A stretch of 64,000 nt of DNA from an uncultured delta proteobacterium (GTDB lineage: Bacteria > Myxococcota > Myxococcia > Myxococcales > Anaeromyxobacteraceae), in NCBI GenBank assembly GCA_963766715.1, contig CAVYBH010000017.1, positions 32,001 to 96,000 of the forward strand. Direction: 5' to 3'. The position numbers and the translations under genes were made by a program. The notes under the pieces are model-generated. The model searched no databases. It was not told where the DNA came from and saw only the letters and a list, made by a program, of their open reading frames with translations. Below, in pieces: positions 30,492 to 44,016 of the stretch; within the stretch, counting starts at the first letter, position 1, and each line of letters starts with the position of its first letter.

Positions 30492-31385
30492 ATGGCTCTC
30501 GATTCCCAGGACATCCGGCAGCGCTCGGCCACCACCACCGAGACCCCACCCAACGCCCGCTCCTTCCGGCCGGAGGTGGCGAAGCTCATCGACGTCTCCC
30601 GCTGCATCGGCTGCAAGGCCTGCCAGGCCGCCTGCATGGAGTGGAACGACCTCCGCGAGGAGGTGGGGACCTTCCAGGGGACCTACACCAACCCGCTCGA
30701 CCTCAGCGACCAGTCGTGGACGGTGATGAGGTTCAACGAGACCGAGATCGACGGCTCGCTGGCCTGGCTCATCCTGAAGGACGGGTGCATGCACTGCACC
30801 GACCCGGGCTGCCTCAAGGCCTGCCCGGCGCCGGGCGCCATCGTCCAGTACGCCAACGGGATCGTCGACTTCCAGCAGGACAACTGCATCGGGTGCGGCT
30901 ACTGCATCACCGGGTGCCCGTTCGACATCCCGCGCATCCGCAAGCAGGACGGCCGGGTCTACAAGTGCACGCTCTGCTCCGACCGGGTCTCGGTCGGGCT
31001 CGAGCCGGCCTGCATCAAGTCGTGCCCGACGCAGGCCCTCACCTTCGGCTCCAAGGCGGAGATGAAGGTCCTCGCCGAGCACCGGCTCGTGGACCTGCAC
31101 GAGCGCGGGCTCTCGAAGGCCTCGATCTACGACCCGCCCGGCGTGGGCGGCACGCACGTGTTCTACGTGCTGCCCCACGGCGACCGGCCGGAGGCCTACG
31201 GGCTGCCGAAGGATCCCAGCGTCGGGCCCGTGGTCACCTTCTGGCGCTCGGGCGTGGCCCGCGCGCTCGGGGTCGCCACCATGTTCGGCGTGCTGGTGGC
31301 GGGCATCCTCCACTACATGCGCTACGGACCGCTGGAAGTGCCGGACGAGCACGACGGGAAGCCGGGCAAGGAGGCGCAGCCATGA
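30492..31385 (+). CDS. fdnH: Formate dehydrogenase Fe-S beta subunit
   Basis: [46 protein letters not shown]-terminal TM helix. Confidence 0.95.
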   Translation: MALDSQDIRQRSATTTETPPNARSFRPEVAKLIDVSRCIGCKACQAACMEWNDLREEVGTFQGTYTNPLDLSDQSWTVMRFNETEIDGSLAWLILKDGCMHCTDPGCLKACPAPGAIVQYANGIVDFQQDNCIGCGYCITGCPFDIPRIRKQDGRVYKCTLCSDRVSVGLEPACIKSCPTQALTFGSKAEMKVLAEHRLVDLHERGLSKASIYDPPGVGGTHVFYVLPHGDRPEAYGLPKDPSVGPVVTFWRSGVARALGVATMFGVLVAGILHYMRYGPLEVPDEHDGKPGKEAQP

Positions 31386-32029
31386 AGTCCGAGGACATCA
31401 TCCTCCCCGACGGCAAGATCCTCCGTCACGACAACTCGGAGCGCATCGTCCACTGGCTCATCGCCATCAGCTTCATCTTCCTGTTCCTGTCCGGGCTGGC
31501 GATGTTCTCGCCCCTCTTCTTCTGGCTCTCGGCGGTCTTCGGCGGCGGCCAGTTCATGCGCCTCATCCATCCGTTCGCCGGCGTGGTGCTGGTGCTGCTC
31601 TTCTACCCGTACGCCTGGCGGCTCCGGAAGGACAACCGCTGGTCTCCCGCCGACGCGAAGTGGATGGAGAACTCGGTCGCGTACATGGAGAAGCGCGTCG
31701 AGTTCCCGGACACCGGGAAGTACAACGCCGGCCAGAAGCTCATGTACTGGTCGATGGTCCCGATCATCGCCGTCCTCTTCCTCACCGGGATCACGATGTG
31801 GCAGCCCTGGTTCGCCGGTTCGTTCCCGGCGCCGCTCCGCCGGGTCACCAGCCTGCTCCACGCGGTGAGCGCCTTCGTCATGTTCATCGGCATCGGCATC
31901 CACTGGTACGCGGCCTACTGGACGAAGGGCTCCATCCGCGCCATGGTCCGGGGAACGGTGACGCAGCGCTGGGCCCGGTACCACCACCCGGGCTGGTTCC
32001 GGCAGATCACCGGGGGCAAGGATCGATGA
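31382..32029 (+). CDS. fdnI: Formate dehydrogenase cytochrome b gamma subunit
   Basis: [35 protein letters not shown]. Confidence 0.95.
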   Translation: MKSEDIILPDGKILRHDNSERIVHWLIAISFIFLFLSGLAMFSPLFFWLSAVFGGGQFMRLIHPFAGVVLVLLFYPYAWRLRKDNRWSPADAKWMENSVAYMEKRVEFPDTGKYNAGQKLMYWSMVPIIAVLFLTGITMWQPWFAGSFPAPLRRVTSLLHAVSAFVMFIGIGIHWYAAYWTKGSIRAMVRGTVTQRWARYHHPGWFRQITGGKDR

Positions 32030-32896
32030 TTCGAGCAGACGCCCGGGCTGCCGGGCGACGTGGTCTACCTGAGGTTGCCGCGCCCGGCCGAGCTCTTCGA
32101 GCGCCGGGCGCGACGCTTTCGGGAGCTCGCCCCGGGCAACCCCATGGGCGATTTCCTCGAGGCGCTGGGCCACGTGGCCACCGCGCAGGCCCGCGCCGTG
32201 GCTCGCGCCCCGTCCGCACCGCCGGGGGCTGGCCTTGCCACCGCCTCGCCGCTGCGCGCGACCACCTGGGCCCGCGACCCGGCCTGGCGGGACGTCCTCT
32301 CCACCCTGGTGGAGGAGCTCCGCGGACGGGAGTGGCCCGCGGGCGCGAGCCGGGCGCTCGCTCGCCTGGCCAGCGCCTGGCCGGAGGAGCTGGAGTCGAT
32401 GGCCGACGGCGTGCTCTCCGGCACCCCGGCCGCCACGGACCTGGCCGCCGCGCCCTTCGTGGGGGCCGCCCTCCAGGTCTACTTCGCCGCGCTCGCCTCC
32501 GGGCTTCCCGCCGAGGCGGTGGAGCACGGCACGGGCGCCTGCCCGGTCTGCGACTCGCCGCCGGTGGCCGGGGTGGTGCTGGGGGACGACCGGCTCCGCT
32601 ACCTGGTCTGCTCGCTCTGCGGCTCCGAGTGGAACCTGACGCGCATCCAGTGCTGGAACTGCAAGACCACGGGCGGCATCGAGTTCCTGGGCGTGGCCGG
32701 CGACCCGGGCGGCCTCAAGGCCGAGGCCTGCTCTTCCTGCGGCGCGTACCTCAAGCTCTTCTATCGCGAGAAGATGCCGTCGGTGGAGCCCCTGGCCGAC
32801 GACGTGGCCTCGCTGACGCTCGACCTGCTCGCCGCGCAGGACGGATGGGCCCGGAGCGGCGTGAACCTCTTCCTCCTCGGCGGCGGCGAGGGATAG
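32026..32896 (+). CDS. fdhE: Formate dehydrogenase maturation protein FdhE (start uncertain)
   Basis: CPVC, RYLVCSLC..EW, C..C, EAC..C..YLK, ADDVASLTLD. Confidence 0.92.
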
Positions 32897-32899
32897 CCG

Positions 32900-33510
32900 T
32901 TGCGCAGGCGTCGCGTCCCGGACCTCTCCCGGCGCTGCCCGGGGTGCTTCTTCCCCCCCAGCCACTGCCTGTGCGCCGAGGTGCCGCGCGTGGAGAACCG
33001 CACGCGCGTCTTCATGGTCCGCCACTGGCAGGAGCGGGTGCGCACGACCAACTCCGGCCGATGGGCCGCGCTCGCCCTCTCCCGCTGCGAGATTCGTGGA
33101 CCACGGCGTCCCGGCCGCACCGCTCGACGGGTCGGTCATCCCGTCCCGCGGAGCGGCGGTGCTCTTCCCCTCGCCCGCGAGGCGGGCTCCCCTCTCCGCT
33201 CCCGGAGACCCTCGTGGTCCTCGACGCCACCTGGGCCCAGGCCCGTCGCATGCTGCAGCGCATCCCCGCGCTGCAGACGCTCCCGCGCGTCTCCCTGCCG
33301 GGCGGGCTGGCCGAGCGGCTTCGTCAACCCACGGTGAAGGGCGGGATGTCGACCATCGAGGCGCTGGCCGCGGCGCTCGACCTGCTGGGGGACGCCGAGG
33401 CCTCCCGCGCCCTCGAGGCCACCTGGCGGCTCGCGGTGGAGCGCGGCTTCTCCCTGCGCTGGTCGACCGAGCGACGCGACGCCCTTCGAGCCGGGACGGG
33501 TCGCGCCGTG
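32900..33510 (+). CDS. DTW-domain tRNA-uridine aminocarboxypropyltransferase, frameshifted
   Basis: RCPGC...CLC, HWQE...TNSG, LVVLDATWAQARRM, MSTIEA. Confidence 0.82.
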
Positions 33511-34498
33511 ACGCCCCCTCCCTTCCGGCGCGCCCCCTGGCTCCCCGGGCCCCACCTGGGAACCGTCTACGCGAGCGTCGCCCGTCCCCTGCCCCGTCCC
33601 CGGTTCAGGCGGGAGCGCTGGGAGCTCGCCGACGGGGACTTCCTCGACGTCGACCGCCTCGAGGGGGCTTCCCCGGAAGCCCCGGTGCTCGTGGTCTCCC
33701 ACGGCCTCGAGGGCAGCTCGCGCGCCTCCTACGTCCGCGGGCTCGCGGCGGCCGCCCGCCGGCGCGGCCTCGCCGTCGCCGCCTGGAACTTCCGCGGATG
33801 CTCGGGCGAGCCCAACCGCCTGCTCCGGCAGTACCACTCCGGGGACACCGGCGACCTCGCCTCGGTCGTGGAGCGGCTCCGGGCCGAGGCCCCCGGTCGC
33901 GCCGTGGTGCTGGCCGGCTTCTCCCTGGGCGGCAACCAGCTCGTGAAGTGGCTCGGGGAGCGCGGGGAGGACCTTCCGGCCGAGGTCCGGGGCGCCGTCG
34001 CCGTCTCGGTTCCGTTCGACCTGGCGCGCTGCGCCTCGGCCCTCGACGGGCCGGGGTTCTGGCCCTGGGTGTACCGGGAGAGGTTCCTCCGGCGCCTCCG
34101 GAGAAAGGCGTTGCGGAAGGCCGTGGAGCATCCCGGACGCATCGACGCGGATGCGGTCCGGCGAGCCACCACCTTCTCCGAGTACGACGGCCTGGTCACG
34201 GCGCCGCTGCACGGATTCGAGAGCGCGGAGGACTACTGGACGCGCTCCAGCGCCGCCCGGTTCGTGTCCGGGGTGAGGCGGCCGCTCCTGCTCGCTCTCC
34301 GCCGACGACGACCCCCTGGTCCCCGCCGTGTCGCTGCCCGTCGAGGCGGCCGCCGGGAACCCTGCCGTGGCCCTGGAGGTGACGACGGGCGGCGGACACG
34401 TGGCCTTCGTCTCCGGCCCTCCCTGGCGCCCCGGGTACTGGGCGGAGGAGCGGGCGGTCGACTTCCTGGTCCGTCGCCTGGACGGCGCGCCCGGCTGA
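33508..34498 (+). CDS. YheT-family alpha/beta hydrolase, frameshift near 34295
   Basis: HGLEGSS, NFRGCSGEPN, YHSG, GFSLGGN, DDP, GGHVAF. Confidence 0.88.
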
Positions 34499-34502
34499 TC
34501 GG

Positions 34503-35524
34503 TCAGGGGACGAGCACCACCTTCCCCACGTTGCCTCGCCCGTGCAGCCGCTCGTGGGCCCGGCCCGCCTCGGCGAACGGGAAGGAGGAATCGATGCGCG
34601 GACGGATGCGCCCCTCGCGGAAGAGGCTCGAGCAGCGCCTGGATCTCGCCCAGGACCATCTCCGGCTCCCCCCACAGGTGGCCCATGTTCACGCCCGCCA
34701 CGCCCCGGTTGTCCTCCATCAGCGCGAGCGGGGAGAAGCGCGGGACGGAGAGGAACTCGCGCGCCACGTGGAGCAGCGACCGGCGCGGCCCCGTCGCCAT
34801 GTTGGCGAAGCCGTAGGTCACGAGGAGCCCGGCGGGGCGGAGCAGGTCGTACCCCTTCCGCCAGTCGGCGCCGCCCAGCGCGTCGAGCACCATGTCGACG
34901 CCCCGGCCTCCGGTGAGCTGGCGGACCTCCGCGGCGTAGTCGCGGGTCCGGTAGTCGATGGGATGATCGCACCCCTCGTCGCGGATCGCCGCGTGCTTGG
35001 CGGCCGAGGCGGTCCCGAAGACGGTCACGCCGGGCACCGTCCGGGCGAGCTGGATGGCCGCGATCCCCACCCCGCCCGCGGCCATGTGGACGAGCACCGA
35101 CTGTCCGCGCGACAGGTGGCCGACCCGGAAGAGCGCGTGGTAGGCGGTCACGTAGTTCACCGGCAGCGCCGCTCCCTGCTCGAAGGTCATCCCGTCCGGC
35201 ATGGGGAACGCGTGCGGGGCCGGGAGGACCACCGCCTCGGCGTGCCCTCCGAAGCGGACGAGCGCGAGCACGCGGTCGCCCACGGCCGGCGTCCCGACCC
35301 CCGTCGCCCACCGCGTCGACGACGCCCGCCACCTCGTAGCCGACCACGGCGGGCAGCTTCGGCGCGTCGGGGTAGAGCCCCATGCGCGCCATCAACTCGG
35401 CGAAGTTGAGCCCGGCGGCCTTCACCCGGATCCGGACCTGCCCGGGTCCCGGAACGGGGTCCGGCGTGTCCCGCACCTCCAGCACCTCGGGCCCGCCGTG
35501 GCGGGTGATCCAGACCGATCTCAT
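34503..35524 (-). CDS. MDR-family NADPH:quinone oxidoreductase (VAT-1-like), frameshifted
   Basis: GLNFAELMARMGLYP, GYEVAG, PVNYVTAY, VHMAAGGVG, NVGKVVL. Confidence 0.88.
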
Positions 35525-35613
35525 GGCACGCTCCCCGGAGGTCCATATCCTCCGGCCCCGGCGCGCGCCCGGGTCGTGGCGGCGGGCCTCGCGGGGCGCT
35601 ACCCTCCGTCGCC

Positions 35614-36483
<870 letters not shown>

Positions 36484-37730
36484 CGGACCAGGATGACGAC
36501 CAGCAGCACGCCGGCCACCGTGATCCCGGCGTCGAAGGCCAGCGCACCCCGCGCGCCGATCTCCTTCGGCCAGGTCCCGGCGAGCCCGCGGAACTCGCTG
36601 GCCCAGCCGTCCAGCTTGGTGACGCCGCTGATGGCGAAGTTGGAGGAGGCCACGAACAGCGCGTACTTGGTGGCCACCGCGGCGGTGTCGCCGACCACCT
36701 CCAGCACCATCCCGGCCCAGGTCGCGAAGGCGATGCCGTTCGCGAAGTTGTAGGCCAGCGTGCCCCAGGTGTAGGTGGCGGGGGTCATGGGGGACGCCAG
36801 CATGGCGACCGCGGCCAGCGCGGTCAGGCCTCCCGCGAACGCATAGGCCAGGCGCCGGTTCATCCGATCGGCGATGAACCCTCCCGCCAGGGAGCCGAGC
36901 CCACCCGCGAGCCCCCCGCCGATCCCGTTCACGATCTCGACCACGTGCTGGTCGGCCCCGTACTCGATCGCCATCCCGGAGAAGAGGTTGGTGAGCGCGC
37001 CGCACCCCACCGGGGCGAGGGAGATGACCACGGCGGTGAATCCCTGGAGGCTGGAAGCGGTCTCCCAGAGGTCGTGGGCCATGGCCCGGATTCGCAGGCC
37101 GAGCGCCCGGAGCACGCCGCCCGCCCGGGCCGCCGCATCCGCCGCCATCCGGCGCTCGTGAATCGTCACGGCGCCGGCTCCGGCCGCCACGACCAGCCCG
37201 GCGAGGACCGCCGCGGCGCCCCAGGGCGGAAGGCCGGTCGAGACCCACAGGGCGATCGCGCCCAGGATCCCCGTCCCGCCGACGTTGCCCGCCATGTAGA
37301 AGCCGCCCGCCTTGCCCTTCTGGTCGGGGTGCGTGGTCATGGCGATGAGCGCGTTCAGCGCCGCGGAGGTCGTGGCCGCGGCGGCCTGCAGCGCGGTGAC
37401 CATCACCGTGAGCAGGGCGATGTGACGGGCCGGATCGGCAACCAGCGAGGCGGCCGCGAGGAGCGCCGCGGTGACGCCCACCATCCCGAGGTACCAGAGC
37501 TTCCGGTGTCCGACGATGTCGATGATCGGCACCCAGAAGATCTTGAGCGCGTGCGGCATGAAGCCGATCGCCGACACCGTGGCGATCTCCCCGAGCGGAA
37601 ACCCCGGCCGCGGAGAGGCGAAACGGCACCGCAATCATCAGGAACCCGATGGCGGCTCCGAAGGGAAGCTCCAGGAACAGGTAGAGCCAGGGCCGGGTGA
37701 AGCGCTGCTCCTCACCCTCGACGTGCTCGG

Positions 37731-40290
37731 TCAACGGCTCTCCTTCCGGCTGGAGAGCCAGGCGCTCACCGCGGGCGAGATGCGCTCCCAGAGCGCCACG
37801 TCCTGCCCGAGCCGCTCCAGCGTCTGCGCGATTCCCTGTCGCGCGGCCGGCACGTCGTGGGCGGCGAAGAAGGCCCGCGCGTCGTCGAGCTGCTGGCGGG
37901 TGGTGAGGGCGCCGATGCCTTCGACCACCCGTCTCAGCATGAGCGGCGCGTCGGCGAGCTTGCCCTGCAGGGACGCCCATCGCTCCCGGAGCAGCGCCCA
38001 GAAGGGGCCGGCGGCGGCGCGGTTGCCGAGCAGGGCTCCCGCGAAGATGGCCAGGTCCTGGAGCGGCACCTCGTCGTCGAACGGGATCTCGGCCGCGCGG
38101 CGTGCCAGGACAGGAGACTCGAAGAGGGCCACGCCCATCCGGTAGCGCTTCTGCAGCGCCGGCTCCTTCTCCTCGCGCGCGAGCCTGCGGAACTGCTCGA
38201 AGCGAGCCTCGGCCCCGTCGCGGGCCGCCACGGCCACGGCCACGTCGTGCAGGTTGGGCTCGAGCGCATCGCGCTCCCCCGCGAGGAAGCGGTCCAGGCG
38301 GCGGACCAGCGCCTCGGAGGTGTCGGGACTCCTCGCCACGAGCGCCACGCCACGCGCCAGGGCGGCTCGCCTGAGCCTGTCGTCGCCGTCGTCGGTGGCC
38401 CGGCCGTCGAGCCCCGCCCTGTCCAGCGCGGGCCGGAGCAGCCCGGCGGCGAAGCGGCGGAAGCGCTCCTTCGGGCCTTCGCCCACCAGGCGGTGCTCGA
38501 CGGCGGCCAGGCGGCCGACGAGCTCGTCGAGGACCGCCCGGTCCTCCTCCCCCTCGAAGGCGGCGAGGAGATCGAGGAAGGGCTCGGGCGCCCGGATCCC
38601 CGCGCGGAGGAGCGCCCACTCGTCGGCGAGCAGGCCGGTCCGCTCCTCCGGGCGCAGGTCCCGGAGGTGCCGGGCCATCGCGGCACGGTCGGACGAGGCG
38701 GCGTCGACCCGGTAGAAGCCGGTGGACCCGGCGTTGCCGTGGACCCACCGGACCGGCCCCGCGGCGTCGAGGATCACCTCGGCCGTCTCGGTCCGGAGGA
38801 GCAGCCGCTGCTCGCGGATCCCCCGGTCGTCGGCGAAGCGGAGCACCACCGGGACCGGCCAGAGCCCCGGAGCGACCGCACCCGGCTCGGAGAGGAAGCG
38901 GCGCTGCGAGAGGCGCACCTTCGCGCCCTCGGTGGCCAGCGAGAGGAGCGGATACCCGGGCTGCCGGATCCAGGCGTTCGCCAGCTCCAGGACCGGCTGG
39001 CCGGACGACTCCTGAAGGGCGGTCCACAGGTCGTCGGCCACGGCGTTGGCCCGGGCGAAGCGGCGCATGTAGAGCCGGAATCCCCTCCCGGAAGGCGTCC
39101 TCCCCCAGCCAGGCCTCGATCATGCGGAGCACCGCCCCGCCCTTCTCGTAGGTGATGAGGTCGAAGGCCTCCCCCATGTCCTCGGGGTTGCGCACCTCGG
39201 CGTGGATGGGGTGGGTGGAGCGGAGCGCATCGAGCCCGAGCGCCGCCGACTTGCCCTGGTCGAAGTCGAGCCAGATGCGCCACTCCGGCTTCCAGCCGGC
39301 CACGATCTTGTAGGCCATCCAGGTCGCGAACGACTCGTTCAGCCAGAGGTCGTCCCACCAGCGCATGGTGACCCAGTTGCCGAACCATTGATGGGCCAGC
39401 TCGTGGGTGACCACCTCGGCGATCCGCTTCTTCACGGGAAGTGACGCGGTGGCGGGGTCGACGAGGAGCGCGGTCTCCCGGTAGGTGACGAGCCCCGCGT
39501 TCTCCATGGCGCCGAACTCGAAGTCCGGGAGTCCCACCTGGTCGAGCTTGCCGAAGGCATAGGGCACGGCGAAGTAGTCCTCGAGCCTGGGGAGGACGGC
39601 GGTGGCTGCCTCCTGCCCGAACGCGGTGAGATCGGCCTTGCTGGGGATCGCCCAGGTCCGGACCGGGACGCCGCGGACATCCTCCCCGGGCCCGGACGCC
39701 ATGTTCCCGACGACCAGGGCGACGAGGTAGGTGGGAAGCGGCGGGGTCTCGGCGAAGGAGACCACGTCCCGGCCGCCGCGCGTCTCCCGTGCGGTCTCCC
39801 TGCCGTTCGAGAGGGCCACCGAGCCCCGGGGGACCTCCAGCGTCACGGCCCAGGGCGCCTTGAAGCCGGGCTCGTCCAGGCAGGGGAAGACACGGCGGGC
39901 GTCGGCGGCCTCGAACTGGGTCGCGGCGAGAGGGCCCGCCCGGTACAGGCCGCGCAGGCCGGGGCTGAAGGCGCCCTCCCAGGCCACCTCGACCTCGGCG
40001 GGGCCGGCCGGGAGGCGCGAACCGATGGACAGGAGGACGGTCTCGCTGGCCGGGAAGGGCTCGACGCGCGCCTGGGTAACGGCATCTCCGGTGCGAATCG
40101 TCGCCCGCGTGATGCGGAGCCCCGCCGCGTGCAGGGCGATGCCCTCCGACGGGGCATCGAGGCGGAGCGCGATGCGGACGTGGCCGTGGAAGGTCCCGGC
40201 CGCTGGATCGAGCGACAGGAAAGGCTCGTAGCGGAGCGGGCGGACCGTCTCGGGCAGCCGGAAGTTTCGGTCGGTGGGGGGAATCGCCAT
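37731..40290 (-). CDS. M1-family aminopeptidase with ERAP1-like C-terminus, frameshift near 39080
   Basis: TQFEAADARR, GAMEN, HELAHQWFGN..LWLNE, YEKG. Confidence 0.93.
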
Positions 40291-40416
40291 GGATGTCCTC
40301 CGGGTCGCGCACTCGTTTACTTGGCAGGCGGTCCGGGGGCCAGCGGAAACGGTCGCGGCGCTTCCGCCAATTTGTGGGGTCGCCGCGCGCGTTCTACACT
40401 CCCCGTGGGGGGGAAC

Positions 40417-41343
40417 ATGAAGGTCCTGATCGCCGAGGACGACGCGCTCCTTCGCCAGATGCTCCAGGGGCAGCTCGACGCCTCCGGATACGAGCTGGTG
40501 ACCGCAGCCAACGGGCTCGAGGCCTGGGAGACGCTCCAGCGGGAGCACTTCCGCATGCTCCTCGTGGACTGGATGATGCCCGGGCTGGACGGCCCCGACC
40601 TGATCCGCCGCATCCGCGGTGCGGGGTGGAACGCCTACACGTACATCATCCTCCTCACCGCCCGGAGCGGGCGCGAGGACGTCGTCGAGGGGCTGAACGC
40701 GGGCGCGGACGACTACGTGACGAAGCCCTTCAGCCAGGAGGAGCTGCTGGCCCGCATGGGCGTGGGCGCCCGGATCCTGGAACTGGAATCCCGCCTGAGC
40801 GAGTCGCTGGCGCGGGAGGAGGCGCTGGCGACCCGGGACAGCTTGACGGGGTTGCCGAACCGGCGCGCCCTCTACGATCGCGCCCGGGCCGAACTGAGCC
40901 GCGCCGCGAGGGAGAACGGGAGCGTCGGCGTCATCCTCGTGGATCTCGACCACTTCAAGCGCATCAACGACCAGTTCGGCCACGCTGCCGGCGACGAGGC
41001 CCTGTGCCGGATCGCCGACGTGCTCCAGCGGACGCGACGGGAATACGACTACGCAGGGCGCTGGGGCGGGGAGGAGTTCCTCGTCATCCTTCCCGGAGCC
41101 ACCCTCGCGCAGGCCGGGCTCGTCGCGGAGCGGATCCGCGCCGCCATGGAGACCATCACCCTGCGACAGGAAGGGGCGACCCCCACCGCACTCCGGGCCA
41201 GCATGGGCGTGGCCAGCGCCTCGCCGGCGGCCCGGCCCCTGGGGCTGGACGAGCTCCTGCTGCAGGCCGACGACGCCCTGTACCGGGCCAAGGCGGGCGG
41301 GCGCAACCGGGTGTGCCTCCACACGCCGGTCGGCGGCCCCTGA
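40417..41343 (+). CDS. Receiver-GGDEF diguanylate cyclase
   Basis: REC (LVDWMMPGLDG), DSLTGLPNRR, RxxD I-site REYD, RWGGEEF. Confidence 0.95.
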   Translation: MKVLIAEDDALLRQMLQGQLDASGYELVTAANGLEAWETLQREHFRMLLVDWMMPGLDGPDLIRRIRGAGWNAYTYIILLTARSGREDVVEGLNAGADDYVTKPFSQEELLARMGVGARILELESRLSESLAREEALATRDSLTGLPNRRALYDRARAELSRAARENGSVGVILVDLDHFKRINDQFGHAAGDEALCRIADVLQRTRREYDYAGRWGGEEFLVILPGATLAQAGLVAERIRAAMETITLRQEGATPTALRASMGVASASPAARPLGLDELLLQADDALYRAKAGGRNRVCLHTPVGGP

Positions 41344-41571
41344 CCCCGCCAGCCGGACGCTGGCAGGGCGTCCCGTCGCGGGCGACTCCCCCCGTTCGGC
41401 GGATTGCTTGGAGCTGCAACGATCCGTTTGCACCTTTCCGAGAACTCCCCGCAGGTCCCGCCGGTCCAGGCCATTCCCGGGATTCCGGCAGAACGACATG
41501 CCCCTTCGGCGGCTTCCGTCATGACGCGATACGGCGTAACCGAGCACCCTCGCCCTGGAGGGAACCATCGA

Positions 41572-42350
41572 ATGGCTCGATACCCGCTCGTCGTCCCGTT
41601 GTTCGCTGCGATGGTCCTGGCTGCCTGTTCGGGGCGCTCGCCCGGCGCCGATCCCGCACAGACCGACCCTGCGGACGCCGTCGTCACGGCGCCCGCGGAC
41701 ACCAGCGTCCAGCCTGGGGCGTTGCTGCGGTTCTCGGCCACGGTCGCCGGCGCGGCGGGGGTCCGGTGACGTGGTCGGTCGACGAGCCCGATGGCGGCAC
41801 GATCGACTCGAGCGGGATCTACACGGCGCCGGCCCACGAGGGCACCTTCCACGTCCGCGCGGAGCGAGCCGGGGCGACGAGCAGCGGCGTGACGGTGGCG
41901 GGCGCGCTGCGGGTGGCGGGAGATCCGTCCACCTCCCTGAAGAAGAAGGGCGGGGGCACGAGCGTCGTTCACGTCTCGAGGACCGCGGCGCAAACCGTCG
42001 CCGTGACCATCGCGCCGGCCACGGCGGCCCTGGACGCCTGCGGCGGACAGCCGTTCAAGGCCAGCGTGACCGGTGTCGTCGATACCCGCCTCACCTGGAC
42101 CGTGAGCGAGGCCGGAGGCGGAACCGTGACGAGCGGGGCCTACGCCGCGCCCCAGACGCCCGGGACCTACCACGTGGTGGCGGCGAGCGTCGCCAATCCG
42201 ACGAGAGTGGCCCTCGCCACGGTGACGGTCGGCCCGGAGAAGGTGCTCTCCCTGACGGTGAGTCCCGGAAGCGGCCTCGTGAACCCGAGCGGAACGCTCC
42301 CCCTCTCGGCGACGATGACGACGAGCTGCGGGACGTTCCCGGCCCAGTGA
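41572..42350 (+). CDS. Lipoprotein with repeated Ig-like domains, frameshift near 41762
   Basis: LAAC lipobox; repeated VTWSV..GGTI..SG.YTAP...GT.HV units. Confidence 0.75.
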
Positions 42351-43081
42351 CGCCGCCGAAGTGGGCGGTGCAGGCCGGGGACCGGCGTCGGCGGGCCCGG
42401 GTCAGGACGTGCGACAACGGGGGCACGGAGGCGGCGGGAGCGCCCGATCGCGTTCCTCGGCCGCGAGCTCGTCGAGGAGCTGATCGGCGACTCCGCCTCT
42501 CGTCGCCTCGAGCCACACCTGCTTCGTGTACCCAGGTGCTCGCGAGCGCGATGCGCCGGCTCGATACCGGAGTGTGCTCTTGGCCTCTGGCGCACTCCGC
42601 TGGGGTTCTGGCGTCCCACCCAGGGCAGTCAGGAGGCGAAGCTGCCGCGACCGGCCAGGCGCCCCGCCTCCAGGCGGTGGACCTCCCCCTCGATGGCCCG
42701 TGACTCGGTTCGCCTCGTCGAGCGCCGAGCCCGAGGATCTCGTCGAGCGCTCGGGCGCCGGCTTGCCGGTTCCGTCGATGGTCACGCAACTCGGACATGG
42801 TTGTCGCCCCCAGGCGTCTGGACATGCGCATCGGCCCCCGAGTCGCCATCCGGCGCTTCCTTCAGGACGACGGGACCGGAGGGATGTGACGCCGGCGGGG
42901 AGCCTACCGATACCCCGGCTCGTCGGGCTGGGAGGCCTCCCGGCGCGCGAGCCACTCGTTCAGCCGGTGCAGTCGAACCGAGACTCCGACCCGGACCACG
43001 AGGAGGATGGCCAGCGTGAGGACAGCCACGAGGCAGATGTAATCCGGGTCGAGACCTGGCGCCTCCCGGCGCCGGCCGTGC

Positions 43082-43312
43082 TCAGGCCACGTGGGAGTGG
43101 CCCGCGACCTCGTCCGCGTAGTCCTGGACCCGCAGCCGGCAATCCGGGCACGATCGGAAGCGCCTGTACGCCGTGTCGCTGGCCGGGACGGCGTGGCCGC
43201 ACACCAGGACGTCGAAGAGCCCGGTGCCCTGAGGCTCGTTGAGCTTCTGGATCCGTCGCCACGTCTCGGGAACGGTGAACCGCCGGACATCCCGGCTCGC
43301 AACTCTCGCCAT
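43082..43312 (-). CDS. Small hypothetical protein with CGH...CPDC metal-binding motif
   Basis: 76-aa ORF, LVCGH and SCPDC. Confidence 0.55.
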   Translation of the reverse strand: MARVASRDVRRFTVPETWRRIQKLNEPQGTGLFDVLVCGHAVPASDTAYRRFRSCPDCRLRVQDYADEVAGHSHVA

Positions 43313-43378
43313 TGCAGGGCCCCCCCCACAGGATTCACCTGGAGTCTATTCTCGGGGGGCCGCCTCGTCCAGCGGGCA

Positions 43379-43418
43379 GAAAAACGCCCCCACCGCACCG
43401 ACAGGCGAGGTGGGGGCG
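43379..43418 (-). terminator. Rho-independent terminator
   Basis: CGCCCCCACC...GGTGGGGGCG stem followed by TTTTTCT on the minus strand. Confidence 0.7.
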
Positions 43419-43569
43419 CAGCGCTCGACGGCTGGGGGGGGAGACGCCGCCAAGCACATCCGGGAATCCACGACGCGGTCGCCAGCCTCGATCATTCTAC
43501 AACGGATCCGGCTTCGACATTCCTTGCACCCCCAACGACAGCCGCCTGCTGGTGCGGTCCCCGCCTGGT

Positions 43570-43815
43570 CTAGCGCTCCGAGCCGGGGGGCGGCGAACCT
43601 GCAACCAGCGCGTCGAGGCGGTAGGCCTCGGTGACCCCGGCCGTCCAGGCATCCGCCGATGACCCGAACGAGGGGCCGAGCGGGACCCCGTCCACGATCG
43701 CCGCCCACCCGTTCACGTTCCCCGTCAGTTCGAGGAGATGCGCCCGTACCTGATACTGGACCTGGATGACAGGTCGTGCCCTGGCTGCCGCCGCCCGATC
43801 CGCTTTCTTCGCCAT
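43570..43815 (-). CDS. Small hypothetical protein, paralogue of 7587-7802
   Basis: YQVRAHLLELT...W...VDG...ADAWTAGVTEAYRLD; GAAGGAG RBS. Confidence 0.72.
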   Translation of the reverse strand: MAKKADRAAAARARPVIQVQYQVRAHLLELTGNVNGWAAIVDGVPLGPSFGSSADAWTAGVTEAYRLDALVAGSPPPGSER

Positions 43816-44016
43816 CCCGCCTATCTACTCCTTCCCGCGAACCGGCGCTCGCCGCCGAGCACGGAACGGCAGCCTCGGGCGCAGGCGCACTCAATGTTTA
43901 CTTCGCGTGTACCCTCATTGGGCGCCGGATCGATTTGATTCCGCCCTCTCGAGGCGCCCATGCTCGCCGGCGACGTTTCCCCGTACCGCGCCTCGCGTGC
44001 GCGACCTGGAGGGACC

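Noticed and set aside
27399..31352. 1317-aa minus-strand ORF, and similar giant Arg/Pro/Gly-rich ORFs such as 27599-32029 and most of 35599-41568
   Set aside because: Shadow frames of high-GC3 genes; no motifs of their own.
42350..43060. Coding genes in this interval
   Set aside because: Several short overlapping ORFs, none with recognisable motifs or clear codon bias.
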